64,000 bases of DNA from Thermostichus sp. DRC_bins_24 (GCA_039794845.1 JAUQVK010000067.1:1-64000); one strand, 5' to 3'; shown: positions 20,019 through 32,268, counted from the stretch's first letter. Made by a program: numbers and translations. The notes: a model not told the origin generated them from the sequence alone.

Positions 20019-21530
20019 CTAGGCCAGGAACAGCTTGTAAGCGGGGTTGTGGCTCTCATCCCAGTAACGATAGCCCAGGGTCTCGAGAAAGCTGTGCCAC
20101 TCGGGCATTTCGGAGGCGGGCACTTGGATCCCAATCACCACGCGGCCGTAGTCGGCACCGTTGTTGCGGTAGTGAAACAAGCTAATGTTCCAGTTGGGGC
20201 TCATGGAGGCCAGGAATTTCATCAGAGCCCCGGGCCGTTCCGGGAACTCAAAGCGGTAGAGCAGCTCATCTTCTGCCAGGGGAGAGCGGCCCCCCACCAT
20301 GTGGCGCAGGTGCAGTTTTGCCAGCTCGTCATCTGTGAGATCCAGCGTTTTGAAGCCCGCTTGCTCGAAGGTGAGGGCAATGTTTTGGGCATCCACCCGA
20401 TCCTGCACCTGCAGCCCTACAAAAATATGGGCCTCGTGGGCGTCGGCAATGCGGTAGTTAAACTCCGTCAGGTTGCGCTGGCCAATGCAGGTGCAGAACT
20501 TGAGGAAGCTGCCCCGTTGCTCCGGGATGGTGACCGCAAAGATGGCCTCCCGCTGTTCGCCGATCTCGGCTCGTTCCGCCACAAAGCGCAGCCGGTCAAA
20601 GTTCATGTTGGCGCCGCAGGCCACGGCCACAAGGGTTTGCCCCTGGATGCCGGTGCGGTTCACGTAGGCCTTCATGCCGGCGATGGCCAAGGCCCCGGCC
20701 GGTTCCAAAATCGAACGGGTATCTTCAAATACATCTTTGATGGCGGCACAGGTGTCGTCGGTACTGACCAGGATGATTTCGTCTACATATTCCCGGCAGA
20801 GGCGAAAGGTTTCTTCTCCCACCTCCCGCACCGCCACGCCATCGGCAAACAAGCCCACCTGAGCCAGCCGCACCCGATGCCCTGCTTGCAATGACTGATA
20901 CATGGCATCGGAGTCTGTGGGTTCCACCCCGATGATCTTGATCTCTGGGCGCAAGCGTTTGACGTAGGCAGCAATGCCGGAGATCAACCCACCCCCACCA
21001 ATGGCCACAAAAATGGCATGGATGGGCCTTTGATACTGGCGCAGGATCTCCATGCCGATTGTACCTTGTCCGGCGATGACTTCGGGGTCATCGAAGGGAT
21101 GGATGAAGGTCAGGCCTTTTTCTGCTTCCAGTTGCCGTGCATGGGTGTAGGCATCATCGAAGGTATCCCCGTACAACACCACTTCTCCACCCCGAGCCCG
21201 CACCGCGTCCACTTTCACCTGTGGGGTGGTAACGGGCATGACGATGATCGCCCGTGTGCCCAGCCGTTGCGCTCCAAGGGCCACCCCTTGGGCATGGTTG
21301 CCCGCCGAAGCCGCGATCACCCCTTGGGCCAGTTGATCCGGAGGGAGCTGCGCCATTTTGTTGTAGGCGCCGCGCAGCTTAAAGGAGAAGACCGATTGCA
21401 TATCTTCCCGTTTGAGCCAGACTTGGTTTTTCAGGCGACGGGAGAGGTTAAAAGCCGGTTCGAGGGGCGTTTCTTGGGCAACGTCGTAAACCCGGGCGGT
21501 AAGAATTTGGACGAGATAATCACAATACAT
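20019..21530 (-). CDS. ilvA: threonine ammonia-lyase, biosynthetic
   Basis: KREDMQSVFSFKLRGA PLP lysine, SAGNHAQG, C-terminal ACT-like domains. Confidence 0.96.
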   Translation of the reverse strand: MYCDYLVQILTARVYDVAQETPLEPAFNLSRRLKNQVWLKREDMQSVFSFKLRGAYNKMAQLPPDQLAQGVIAASAGNHAQGVALGAQRLGTRAIIVMPVTTPQVKVDAVRARGGEVVLYGDTFDDAYTHARQLEAEKGLTFIHPFDDPEVIAGQGTIGMEILRQYQRPIHAIFVAIGGGGLISGIAAYVKRLRPEIKIIGVEPTDSDAMYQSLQAGHRVRLAQVGLFADGVAVREVGEETFRLCREYVDEIILVSTDDTCAAIKDVFEDTRSILEPAGALAIAGMKAYVNRTGIQGQTLVAVACGANMNFDRLRFVAERAEIGEQREAIFAVTIPEQRGSFLKFCTCIGQRNLTEFNYRIADAHEAHIFVGLQVQDRVDAQNIALTFEQAGFKTLDLTDDELAKLHLRHMVGGRSPLAEDELLYRFEFPERPGALMKFLASMSPNWNISLFHYRNNGADYGRVVIGIQVPASEMPEWHSFLETLGYRYWDESHNPAYKLFLA

Positions 21531-21691
21531 TGAGGGATCCGTTGATGCAGGCTGCCCTAGGCATTGGACGCAATTGGCCGTAAGCACTGCGCTCTTGCCC
21601 CGAAAGGGTAAGTTCCATTATCCCAGGAATCCTGGGCATCTCAAGAAACACCGACCTGGAGATAATGGCAAAGGCGGCCTGAGAACGACCT

Positions 21692-22171
21692 ATGTCTGCG
21701 GTAGAAAGTTTGCATGCTCTGCTGGATCAGCAACCGGTGGCCAGTTTGGCAGTGCTGGAGGAGGGATCCCCGGCGGTATCGTTGGTGCCCTTTGTGGTGC
21801 AATGGGATCCTTTGCGGTTCGCCATTTTGATCAGCGAGCTCTCTTCCCATACCCAAGCTCTGCGGGCCGATGGCCGTGCCAGTTTGCTGATTCATGAGCC
21901 GCCCACCCCAGGGGATCCCCGCAGTAACCATGCCTTGACGCGGGTGATGGTAAAGGGGGAGGCGGAGTTTCTCAGCCGGGAGGCTGCCCAAGCTGAGGGG
22001 TTTGAAGGGCTGTACCGTGCCAAGTACGAGATTGCCGACATGGTGCTGGGGTTGGCGGATTTTCACTTCTGTCAGATCCGCCCCAAAGCGGGCAGCTTCA
22101 TTCAAGGCTTTGGCAAGGCCTTTCGGTTAAGTGGCCCCAATTTAGACCGGTTGGAACACCTCAGCCGCTAG
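21692..22171 (+). CDS. HugZ / pyridoxamine 5'-phosphate oxidase-like split-barrel protein
   Basis: SLVPF, ISELSSHTQAL, LADF and IQGFGKAF motifs. Confidence 0.8.
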   Translation: MSAVESLHALLDQQPVASLAVLEEGSPAVSLVPFVVQWDPLRFAILISELSSHTQALRADGRASLLIHEPPTPGDPRSNHALTRVMVKGEAEFLSREAAQAEGFEGLYRAKYEIADMVLGLADFHFCQIRPKAGSFIQGFGKAFRLSGPNLDRLEHLSR

Positions 22172-23090
22172 CGGGGGGTTCTGTTTTGGGTAGGGATCCC
22201 TGAATCCAAGCCAACAGCAGCGGGTTGACCAACTCGGGCGCTTCATCCTGCGGGCAGTGCCCGACCCCCACCAAGGGAACAAACCCAACCACACAGGGAA
22301 ACTCAGCCAGCGCCCGACCCAAGGCGATCGGCTCCCAGGGATCCGCTTCTCCCCACAGGATCAACACCGGGCAGGTGAGCTGAGGCAAGAGATCTTCGGC
22401 CAAAGGCCCTTGGGAATAGCGCACAAAGGCCAAGAATACGGCGGCAGCTCCCGGTTCAAGGGCGGGTTTGAGCAGGGTTTGCACCAATTCATCCGTTACC
22501 GCCTCTTTGCGCCCATAGGCTTGCAGGAGAATGGTTTTGATGGCTCGCGCCTGTGCCACTTGCGCGAAGAAAAAGTTGCCAAAAGGCGGCCACCCCAACA
22601 GGGTTTGCATGAGGGGTGTGGACCAGCGCCGCAGCCAGGAGATCTGCCCTCGTTTCCGCTCGTGCAACAGCCGCAGCGAGGGATCCAGCATCGCTACCCC
22701 CAAAACCCAAGTTGGCTCAAAAACGGCAGCTTGCAAGGCAACAATACCGCCAATCGAGTTGCCCACCAGATAAGCAGGTTCCCCGATCACCTCCTTCACA
22801 AAGTCCACCACCAGGGATCCCCAGGTTTCAAAGGTATAGGCCAGAGGCGATCCGGGCCGAGGCTTCGCCGATCCGCCAAACCCCAACAAATCGACCGCAT
22901 ACACCCGACATTGCTGCCCCAGTTCCGGCAAATTTTTGCGCCAATGGTCACTGCTGGCCCCGAACCCATGGATCAGCAGCACGGCTGGGCCTGTGGATCC
23001 CGCCTGTTGGTAGCGAATCGATTGAGAATGCCATTGCCAGTGCCGCTCTGTGGTCGGGGGCGCGGCGGGTGGAGGCTCTTCGGTGCGCAT
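22161..23090 (-). CDS. alpha/beta fold hydrolase
   Basis: LIHGFGA, VGNSIGG nucleophile elbow, WGEADPW, GHCPQDE. Confidence 0.92.
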   Translation of the reverse strand: MRTEEPPPAAPPTTERHWQWHSQSIRYQQAGSTGPAVLLIHGFGASSDHWRKNLPELGQQCRVYAVDLLGFGGSAKPRPGSPLAYTFETWGSLVVDFVKEVIGEPAYLVGNSIGGIVALQAAVFEPTWVLGVAMLDPSLRLLHERKRGQISWLRRWSTPLMQTLLGWPPFGNFFFAQVAQARAIKTILLQAYGRKEAVTDELVQTLLKPALEPGAAAVFLAFVRYSQGPLAEDLLPQLTCPVLILWGEADPWEPIALGRALAEFPCVVGFVPLVGVGHCPQDEAPELVNPLLLAWIQGSLPKTEPPASG

Positions 23091-23259
23091 GTGGGATCCC
23101 TGAGGATGGTCTGATCTCACTTTTACATATCTTTACAAGTCGTGGCTTGGTGGTGGGGATCCCTGATTCATGAAGGAAAACTTATGCCAGAATGGGGAGC
23201 TGCTCGGTCAAAATTTAGATCGGGTCACTGTATTGGATAGCGCGAAGGAGAAGAGAGCC

Positions 23260-23559
23260 TTGCCGAAGTTTGCCCTAAAAGCCCTGTGGTTGGAAAACGA
23301 TTTGGCGATTGCCGTGGATCAGGTGGTGGCCAAAAATCGCAGCCCCCTTACCCACTACTTTTTCTGGCCTCGTGATGATGCTTGGGAACAGCTCAAAGCC
23401 GAGCTAGAAGCCAAGACCTGGATCAGCGAGGTGGATCGCATCGAGCTGCTCAACAAAGCCACTGAGGTGATCAACTACTGGCAAAACGGCGGACGCAATC
23501 GCTCCATCAGCGATGCCCAGGCGCAATTTCCCGATGTTTTGATTGGCGGTAACTCCTGA
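23260..23559 (+). CDS. ycf65: 30S ribosomal protein PSRP-3 / Ycf65
   Basis: [18 protein letters not shown] and [21 protein letters not shown] start after AAGGAG. Confidence 0.9.
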   Translation: MPKFALKALWLENDLAIAVDQVVAKNRSPLTHYFFWPRDDAWEQLKAELEAKTWISEVDRIELLNKATEVINYWQNGGRNRSISDAQAQFPDVLIGGNS

Positions 23560-23661
23560 AGGCAAATCGCAAAGCTCCCCGCCGATCCTGTCTTCTCAGC
23601 TCCACCGGGAAGCTCGTGCGAGACTTCCCCATCTTGCTCAGGATCCTGCCTTTGGGCTAAA

Positions 23662-23688
23662 TTGGCACTCGGGGTTTTAGAGTGCTAG
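23662..23688 (+). promoter_or_regulatory. CIRCE operator (HrcA site)
   Basis: TTGGCACTC-N9-GAGTGCTAG versus consensus TTAGCACTC-N9-GAGTGCTAA, upstream of groEL. Confidence 0.9.
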
Positions 23689-23767
23689 CCTCACGCCGGA
23701 CTCAGCTGACGGATCCCTTGGGGGCCTGTTTTCCCCTCTGGTGCTCAGCGTGAGACGGTACGGGTGA

Positions 23768-25448
<1,681 letters not shown>

Positions 25449-25450
<2 letters not shown>

Positions 25451-25488
25451 CCCCCTCACCTGGGGTTGCTAACCTCAAGGGGCTTTTT
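25449..25488 (+). terminator. rho-independent terminator
   Basis: agcccc...ggggct stem followed by a T tract directly after groEL. Confidence 0.7.
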
Positions 25489-25505
25489 GGTGTTCAAGGG
25501 ATCGA

Positions 25506-26231
25506 ATGCAGCGCACCTTGCGGACTCAGATCGTCGCCCACCGTGGGGAGCATACTCACGCAGAAGAGAACACCCTGGCGGCCTTCACCGCCGCAATTGA
25601 GGCAGGGGCTGACCAGATCGAGCTGGATGTTCGCTACAGCCAAGACGGGATCCCGTTTGTTTTCCACGATGCTGAGTTAGGCGGCCAGCCTTTAGCAGCG
25701 TTACCCTGGGCCGAAATTCGAGCTCGCAAGCCCGCCATCCCCACCCTCAAAGATGCGTTGCACCATATCCAAGGCCAAATCGGCCTCGACATTGAGTTGA
25801 AGGAGGCAGGCGATGAGAAGCAGATTCTTTCTTTAATCCGCGATGTCCTGACCCCGGATGAATTTGTGATCACCTCCTTTTTGCCTGAGGTGGTGCAACG
25901 GGTTAAAGCTCTGGATGCTGACCTCCACGTTGGGCTACTGCTCGACGCCAAGTCCGCGGAGTCGAAACAGCACCCAGAAAAGGGCTCTCCGGTTGTCTAT
26001 TGCCGCGAGTTGGGGGCGGATTTTCTCGCCCCACACCACAGCTGGATCGACGCAGACTTCCTCGACTTAGCGGTTCAAGCTGGGATCCCGCTCTATGTTT
26101 GGACGGTGAACGATCCCGAGCAAATGAAAGTTTATTTACAGTCGGGTAGGGTTACGGGTCTGATCACCGATGACCCGCGGTTGGCGCTGCAAATTCGCGC
26201 CGGTTCTTCTTCAGAGGCATCCGGGCCTTGA
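25506..26231 (+). CDS. glycerophosphodiester phosphodiesterase
   Basis: AHRG, ENTL, ELDV, FHD, IELK, WTVND and ITDDP motifs. Confidence 0.92.
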   Translation: MQRTLRTQIVAHRGEHTHAEENTLAAFTAAIEAGADQIELDVRYSQDGIPFVFHDAELGGQPLAALPWAEIRARKPAIPTLKDALHHIQGQIGLDIELKEAGDEKQILSLIRDVLTPDEFVITSFLPEVVQRVKALDADLHVGLLLDAKSAESKQHPEKGSPVVYCRELGADFLAPHHSWIDADFLDLAVQAGIPLYVWTVNDPEQMKVYLQSGRVTGLITDDPRLALQIRAGSSSEASGP

Positions 26232-26236
26232 TCGGC

Positions 26237-26944
26237 TCAAAGCATGGGGACAAACTGAACCGGGAAAGCTCCCTCTTGCACAAATCCTTGCTCTGTTCTG
26301 CGAATGATCAGCAGGGACTGGGATCCCTCTCCCACCGGAATCACCAATGTGCCCCCCACCGCCAGTTGCTCCGGCAGTGGCGCTGGGAGGGCAGGCGGAG
26401 CTGCTGTCACCAAAATGGCATCGTAGGGGGCATGTTCCGGCCAACCTTGGTAGCCATCTCCCTGGCGTACCTCTACATTTCGATAGTCCAAAGCCAGGAG
26501 AGTTTGTTGGGCTCGCTCGGCCAAAAACGGGATTCGCTCCAGACTGTAAACCTGTTTGGCCAGCTCCGCCAAGACCGCCGCTTGATAGCCTGAGCCGGTG
26601 CCAATTTCCAGCACCACCGAGTCCGGTGTAATGCGGGCGGCCTCCGTCATAAAAGCAACAATATAGGGCTGAGAAATGGTCTGCCCATATCCAATTGCCA
26701 AGGGTCGATCTGTGTAGGCAAGATCCTGCAGATTCACAGGTACAAATCGATGGCGAGGTACGGTTTTCAGCGCCTGTAATACCCGCCGATCCCGGATCCC
26801 CCGCCGGAGGATCTGCTCCTTCACCATCCGCTCTCGCTCAGAAGCAAAAGGATCGCGATCGAAGGCGCGTGACTCGGTTGCCGCGATCCCAGGCCTAGTC
26901 TCGGAAGAATTCCCACAGTGGGAGGAGAACAAACTGACCACCAA
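26237..26944 (-). CDS. pcm: protein-L-isoaspartate O-methyltransferase
   Basis: VPRHRF, GQTISQP, LEIGTGSGYQAA, APYDAI; start uncertain. Confidence 0.93.
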   Translation of the reverse strand: MVVSLFSSHCGNSSETRPGIAATESRAFDRDPFASERERMVKEQILRRGIRDRRVLQALKTVPRHRFVPVNLQDLAYTDRPLAIGYGQTISQPYIVAFMTEAARITPDSVVLEIGTGSGYQAAVLAELAKQVYSLERIPFLAERAQQTLLALDYRNVEVRQGDGYQGWPEHAPYDAILVTAAPPALPAPLPEQLAVGGTLVIPVGEGSQSLLIIRRTEQGFVQEGAFPVQFVPML

Positions 26945-27166
26945 ACCTGATCCCTAACCTTCAGTAAATAGGAGCAGCTCTCAGATCTGCGTACTTTCTA
27001 CTGTTCTATCCTGACGCACCTTTGGGTTGACCTCCGGTGTTGATGAAGAGATTGTTGCGCGATACACGCTTGGCCAAGGGATCCCTCTTGCTTGAATCAA
27101 TTGGATTTGTGTTGGGATCCCCATTGGTCTGATAAACTGGGCCTAAGGTTAAGAAATGATAACTTT

Positions 27167-28123
27167 ATGAACGTGCTAGTTGTGGGGGCAACGGGAACGC
27201 TAGGCCGTCAGGTGGTGCGGCGAGCCATCGAAGAGGGGCATCAAGTCACCTGTCTGGTACGAAACCCGGCGAAGGCTGCTTTTTTGAGCGAGTGGGGAGC
27301 CCACCTCAAGGTCGGAAACCTGCTTCAGCCCAGCACGTTACAACCTGCCATGGAAGGGATTGAGGCCGTTATTGACTGTGCCACGGTGCGGGTTACCGAC
27401 AGCCTCAGTGCTCGCCAAGTGGACTGGGATGGCAAGGTTGCCCTGATCAATGCGGCGCGTGCCGCCCAGGTGGGGCACTTTATATTCTTCTCGATCATGG
27501 GCGCTCACAACGAATATCCGAATGTGCCCCTGATGAATTTCAAACACCACATCGAGAAGTATTTGATCGGATCCCAGATGCCCTACACAATCTTTCGCAC
27601 AGCGGGCTTTATGCAGGGGCTCATCGGCCAGTACGCCATCCCGATTTTGGAAGAGCAAATCGTTTGGGTTACCAGCGAGACGGTTCCGACTGCCTACCTG
27701 GATACCTTGGATGTTGCCCGGTTTGCGGTGCGGGCCCTTAGTGTCGAAGCAGCCAAACAAAAGATCTTCCCCTTGTCGGGGCCAAAAGCCTGGACAGCTC
27801 GTGAAGTCATCGCCCTGTGTGAGCAGCTCTCCAGCAAAAAAGCCAAGGTGAGCACCATGCCGCTGGGGCTGTTGCGAGGGGCACGCAAGGTGGCGCAATT
27901 CTTTCAGTGGAGCTGGAACATTGCCGACCGATTGGCGTTTGCGGAGGTGATTGCCGCCAAAGAACCCATGCAGGCAGATATGACGGCTGTCTACGAAACC
28001 TTGGGCGTCGATCCTGCCTCGATCACCTCTTTAGAAGACTACCTGGCAGAATACTTCCAGAAGATGTTGAAGCGGATCCGCGACCTGAAGGTCAAGCAGC
28101 CCAAAGTTAAAACGCCCTTCTGA
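27167..28123 (+). CDS. ycf39: Ycf39-like atypical SDR (PSII assembly factor)
   Basis: VVGATGTLGRQVVRRA, FMQGLIGQYAIPILE, WSWNIADRLAF. Confidence 0.88.
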   Translation: MNVLVVGATGTLGRQVVRRAIEEGHQVTCLVRNPAKAAFLSEWGAHLKVGNLLQPSTLQPAMEGIEAVIDCATVRVTDSLSARQVDWDGKVALINAARAAQVGHFIFFSIMGAHNEYPNVPLMNFKHHIEKYLIGSQMPYTIFRTAGFMQGLIGQYAIPILEEQIVWVTSETVPTAYLDTLDVARFAVRALSVEAAKQKIFPLSGPKAWTAREVIALCEQLSSKKAKVSTMPLGLLRGARKVAQFFQWSWNIADRLAFAEVIAAKEPMQADMTAVYETLGVDPASITSLEDYLAEYFQKMLKRIRDLKVKQPKVKTPF

Positions 28124-28407
28124 GGCCGAGTTCGTAGTCACTCCAAACAAGAGCGGATACCCTTCGTAGCCCATATTCATAGCCCATAGACGAGGGATCC
28201 CTGCTTCTGCTGGGTCGGCCCTGATGTAACCTTCCCAAGATGTAACCTTTCCAATGCAACCTTGAGGTGGCAAAGCCATCTCCGAAGCTGCTGTTGGATC
28301 TGTAGGCAACAACTCCTGTCTCAACGTCCTGTCTGAACGCTGCTCCCATAACCCCGCGGGGAGGATCAGCTTCTTGAGGGCTCCCGTCTGCCTGCCACGA
28401 ATTTAGC

Positions 28408-28423
28408 ATAAGTTATTAACTAT
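28408..28423 (+). promoter_or_regulatory. putative NdhR/CcmR (LysR) box
   Basis: ATAA-N8-CTAT (consensus ATAG-N8-CTAT) in the ndhF3 upstream region. Confidence 0.55.
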
Positions 28424-28579
28424 GATACTCATCAGAAAACTCAGTTTCTCTCTATGTTCGTTTGCAACTATGATGTCCCTTAAGATTTTTTACAGAGTCT
28501 CAGCAACTCTCTAACGGCAGCAGCAGTATCTACGCTTAATCTGAGCTGAGTAAGTCAGATCCCTGTAGCGAGGTGGATT

Positions 28580-30415
28580 ATGGGCTTGAACGGGTTGGTC
28601 ATGACCGTCTGGATGATTCCCCTCTACGCCCTAGTGGCGTGGGTGGGGGCCTTGTATTGGTCCCCTGGGATCACTCGGCGCACAGGGCCACGTCCGGCGG
28701 GCTACTTAAATGCTCTGTTAACTCTCGTAGCATTCCTTCATAGTTTGGGAGCGTTAGTGGCCATTTGGGGACAACCGGCGCAGGTGATCCGATTTCCGTG
28801 GATGCAGGTGGGAGACTTGGTGCTGGAGTTGCCCCTGCAGGCTTCGGCGGTGACACTGGCAGCCTGTGTGATGGTAACGGGGTTAAACTTGGCGGCCCAG
28901 ATCTATGGTTTTGGTTACATGGAAATGGACTGGGGCTGGGCCCGCTTTTTCTCCCTACTGGGACTGTTTGAAGGGGGGATGTGCGCCCTAGCCTTGTGTG
29001 ACTCCCTTTTCTTTAGCTACATCATTCTGGAGATTTTGACCCTGGGCACCTACCTGCTGGTGGGGCTGTGGTTTAACCAACCTCTGGTGGTGACCGGGGC
29101 ACGGGATGCCTTCTTGACCAAGCGCATCGGGGATTTGCTGCTGCTGATGGGGGTGATCGCCATTTACCCCTTGACGGGCTCTTGGGAGTTTGAGGCCTTG
29201 GCTACTTGGGCGGCATCGGTGCAGTCGGGGGTGGTGAGTGTGGATCCCACCCTGATTACCCTGGTGGGTTTGGGGCTGTTGGCAGGGGCCGTGGGTAAAT
29301 GTGCCCAGTTCCCCTTGCACCTGTGGCTGGATGAGGCCATGGAGGGGCCGATTCCCTCGACCATTTTGCGCAATGCGGTGGTGGTTAGCACTGGGGCTTG
29401 GGTATTGATTCGGTTGCAACCGTTGTATGCCCTATCGCCAAGCGTGCTGGCGGTGATGCTGACCATTGGCGGTCTGACGGCGGTGGGGGGATCCCTGGTG
29501 GCCTTGGCCCAGATCGACGCCAAGCGGGCCTTGTCCTACTTGGTAAGTGCCTACATGGGCTTAATTTTTGTGGCGGTGGGTACCGGGCATACTCAGCAGG
29601 CCTACGGGTTGTTGCTCACCTATGCGCCGGCCATGGCCCTGTTGGTGATGGCTCCGGGTACTGTCATCTGGAACAGCATCACCCAAGATTTGCGCTATTT
29701 GGGCGGGTTGTGGTCGCGGCGGCCGGTGTCGGGGCTGTGTTTTTTGATCGGCATGGCGGGGATCATCGCCCTACCGCCTTTCGGTTCCTTCTGGGTGCTG
29801 ACGGATTTGTGGCAGCAGATGTGGGAGGCTGAGCAGGGTCTTTCGGCGGCAGTCTTGATCCTCACCAATGGCATTGCGGCCTTGGGGCTGATGCGAGTAT
29901 TTGGCCTGATTTGGGGGGGCAAGCCCCAGCAGATGAGCGAGCGTTCGCCGGAGGTGCACTGGCCGATGATGTTGCCCATGACGGCGGTGATGGGGGTGAC
30001 GCTGCACATGCCGATGATCTTGGCGGCGGTGGATCTCATTCCGGCAGTGGACTGGATCCCCAGCGCCGTGATGACCGGATCCAGCCTGGTGGGGATGGCC
30101 TTGGGGGCCTGGTTTTACCTCAGTCCCGAGCGGCGGTCGGTGGATTGGGCCTTTTTGGCCGACTGGCAGGATCTGCTGGCCAACGACTTCTACACCCCCA
30201 AACTGTACCGAGCCAGTGTGGTGTTTGCGGTGCGCATCGTCTCTGAAATCACGGCTTTATTCGACCGCTACGTGGTAGACGGCTTGGTGAATCTGACCAG
30301 TTTGGCAGTGCTAGCGGGAGGGCAGGTTCTGAAGTACACCACCTCCGGTCAGTTGCAAGTGTATTTACTCACGATTGTGGTCGGGGTAGCCCTGCTGGGT
30401 TGGGTCATTCTCTAG
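28580..30415 (+). CDS. ndhF3: NAD(P)H-quinone oxidoreductase subunit F3
   Basis: RRTGPRPAGY, GYMEMDWGWARFF, WLDEAMEGP; operon with ndhD3-cupA-cupS. Confidence 0.92.
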   Translation: MGLNGLVMTVWMIPLYALVAWVGALYWSPGITRRTGPRPAGYLNALLTLVAFLHSLGALVAIWGQPAQVIRFPWMQVGDLVLELPLQASAVTLAACVMVTGLNLAAQIYGFGYMEMDWGWARFFSLLGLFEGGMCALALCDSLFFSYIILEILTLGTYLLVGLWFNQPLVVTGARDAFLTKRIGDLLLLMGVIAIYPLTGSWEFEALATWAASVQSGVVSVDPTLITLVGLGLLAGAVGKCAQFPLHLWLDEAMEGPIPSTILRNAVVVSTGAWVLIRLQPLYALSPSVLAVMLTIGGLTAVGGSLVALAQIDAKRALSYLVSAYMGLIFVAVGTGHTQQAYGLLLTYAPAMALLVMAPGTVIWNSITQDLRYLGGLWSRRPVSGLCFLIGMAGIIALPPFGSFWVLTDLWQQMWEAEQGLSAAVLILTNGIAALGLMRVFGLIWGGKPQQMSERSPEVHWPMMLPMTAVMGVTLHMPMILAAVDLIPAVDWIPSAVMTGSSLVGMALGAWFYLSPERRSVDWAFLADWQDLLANDFYTPKLYRASVVFAVRIVSEITALFDRYVVDGLVNLTSLAVLAGGQVLKYTTSGQLQVYLLTIVVGVALLGWVIL

Positions 30416-30447
30416 GTTGGGGTGGATACAAAGGCTAAGGGAGGAAG

Positions 30448-31944
30448 GTGGAGAAGATGTTGAATGTCTTGATTGCGTTGCCCATACTGGGATCCCTGCC
30501 GCTGTTTTTGGGGTTAGGGGGGCGCAAGCTGGCGGTGGTGCTGTCGGGGATCCCGTTGGTGATTTCGCTGCTGTTGTTTGGCAGTTTTGATCTGCAAACG
30601 GCGGGGATGCAGTGGCTACAACGCTGGGATTGGATCCCACAATTGGGGTTGAATTACTCCTTGGGGTTGGATGGCTTGTCTCTGTTGATGGTGGCCTTGA
30701 ATGGGTTGATTACCCTGATTGCCGTGTTGACCACCGAACCGGATGTTAAACGGCCCAACTTGTTTTACGGCTTGATCCTGCTCATGAGTGGAGCGGTGAA
30801 TGGGGCCTTTGCGGCTCAGAATTTGATTTTGTTTTTCCTGTTTTATGAGCTGGTGTTGATCCCGATTTATTTGCTCATTTCCATCTGGGGCAGTGACAAG
30901 CGGGACTACGCCGCCATTAAGTTTTTGATCTACACGGCTGTTTCTGCTGTGTTTCTCCTAGGGGCCTTCTTGGCCATCTACTGGATTGGGGATCCCCACA
31001 GCTTTGAATTGGCGGAGATTCACGTTGCTTCCTTCAACCCCGCCATTCAGACCTTGCTGTTGTTGGCAGTAATCGTGGCATTTGGCATCAAGATGCCTTT
31101 GGTTCCTCTGCACACTTGGTTGCCGGATGCCTACGGCGAGTCTTCCCCTCCGGTGGCGATGCTGCTGGGGGGCGCCCTCTCTAAGCTGGGTACCTACGGC
31201 TTGTTCCGCTTTGGCTTGCAGTTGTTCCCTCAGGCTTGGGCGGATCTGGGGGGGATCCTGGCTTGGTGGGGGGCGATTGCGGTGTTATCCGGGGCTTTGG
31301 CGGCCATTGCTCAGAAGGACATCAAGCGAATGGTGGCCTACAGCTCCATCGGCCACATGGGCTACATTCTCTTGGGCATGGCGGCGGCCACCCCCATCAG
31401 CCTCACGGGGGTGATGGTGCAAATGGTGTCCCACGGTTTGATCTTGGCCCTGCTGTTTGACCTAGTAGGCCTAGTGGAGCGCAAGGTAGGCACCCGGGAT
31501 CTGAATGTGTTGAACGGCCTGCTTAACCCAATTCGGGGACTGCCGGCCATCAGTGCTCTCCTGATTCTGGGGGGTATGGCCAGTGCCGGGATCCCCGGAT
31601 TGGTGGGGTTTGTGGCGGAGTTTTTGATCTTCCAGGGCAGCTACAGCGACTTTCCGTTGCCAACCCTGATCGGTATTTTGGGTACAGGTCTGACGGCGGT
31701 GTATTTTGTGATTTTGCTCAACCGCACCTGCTTCGGCAAGTTGGATAACCGCACCGCCTACTATCCCTCCGTGAAGGGCTGGGAACGGATCCCTGGGTTG
31801 GTCTTAACGGCGTTGATCCTGTGGTTTGGGATCCAGCCGATGAGCTTGGTGAAGTGGCCGCAACCCTTGGCCTTTGCCCTCTCTACTCAGGTGGCTCAGT
31901 CTCATCCCATCATTCTGGCGGAAGCTGCCACTCTCACAGAATAA
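30448..31944 (+). CDS. ndhD3: NAD(P)H-quinone oxidoreductase subunit D3
   Basis: PLHTWLPDAY, AYSSIGHMG, LNGLLNPIRGLP, CFGKLDN. Confidence 0.92.
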   Translation: MEKMLNVLIALPILGSLPLFLGLGGRKLAVVLSGIPLVISLLLFGSFDLQTAGMQWLQRWDWIPQLGLNYSLGLDGLSLLMVALNGLITLIAVLTTEPDVKRPNLFYGLILLMSGAVNGAFAAQNLILFFLFYELVLIPIYLLISIWGSDKRDYAAIKFLIYTAVSAVFLLGAFLAIYWIGDPHSFELAEIHVASFNPAIQTLLLLAVIVAFGIKMPLVPLHTWLPDAYGESSPPVAMLLGGALSKLGTYGLFRFGLQLFPQAWADLGGILAWWGAIAVLSGALAAIAQKDIKRMVAYSSIGHMGYILLGMAAATPISLTGVMVQMVSHGLILALLFDLVGLVERKVGTRDLNVLNGLLNPIRGLPAISALLILGGMASAGIPGLVGFVAEFLIFQGSYSDFPLPTLIGILGTGLTAVYFVILLNRTCFGKLDNRTAYYPSVKGWERIPGLVLTALILWFGIQPMSLVKWPQPLAFALSTQVAQSHPIILAEAATLTE

Positions 31945-31970
31945 AGAGACCGTTGGGTTGAGGATATCCG

Positions 31971-32266
31971 ATGCATCCCCTGATCAAAGAAGAGCAAGCG
32001 GAAATCATTCTTGCCTGTCAGGAGTATGGGATCCCCAAACTAGAAAACTAGAGGTTTTTGCTTCTGCGGCTTGTAGCACTGACTTTGATCCCGACAAGAG
32101 TGATGCTGATTTCCTAGTGGAGTTCATTCTTGAGAAAGAGGAGGATCCCTTGAAAGATTTCTTTAGCTTTCATAGAAGGTTAATCCATATCCTGAACAGA
32201 AAAGTTGATTTGATAGAGGATGGAAGCACAAGGACTGAACTTCACTTGAACATTTGGAGATTATAA
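31971..32266 (+). pseudogene. minimal nucleotidyltransferase (MNT antitoxin-like), frameshifted
   Basis: MHPLIKEEQAEIILACQEYGIPKLE then, in a shifted frame, VFASAA..DFDPDKSDADFLVEF...RKVDL; caused by the tandem 8-bp duplication aaactaga at 32037-32052. Confidence 0.85.
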
Positions 32267-32268
32267 TC

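Noticed and set aside
27147..27154. Single AGGTTAAG (CTTAACCT on the minus strand) near the ycf39 start as a Pho box
   Set aside because: No flanking repeats at 11-bp spacing
28031..28409. Minus-strand ORFs upstream of ndhF3 as a possible ndhR remnant
   Set aside because: No LysR HTH similarity visible in either translation
31874..32266. 130-aa ORF as an intact gene
   Set aside because: Its N-terminus overlaps ndhD3; only the C-terminal part is MNT-like, and the real start is 31971 in another frame
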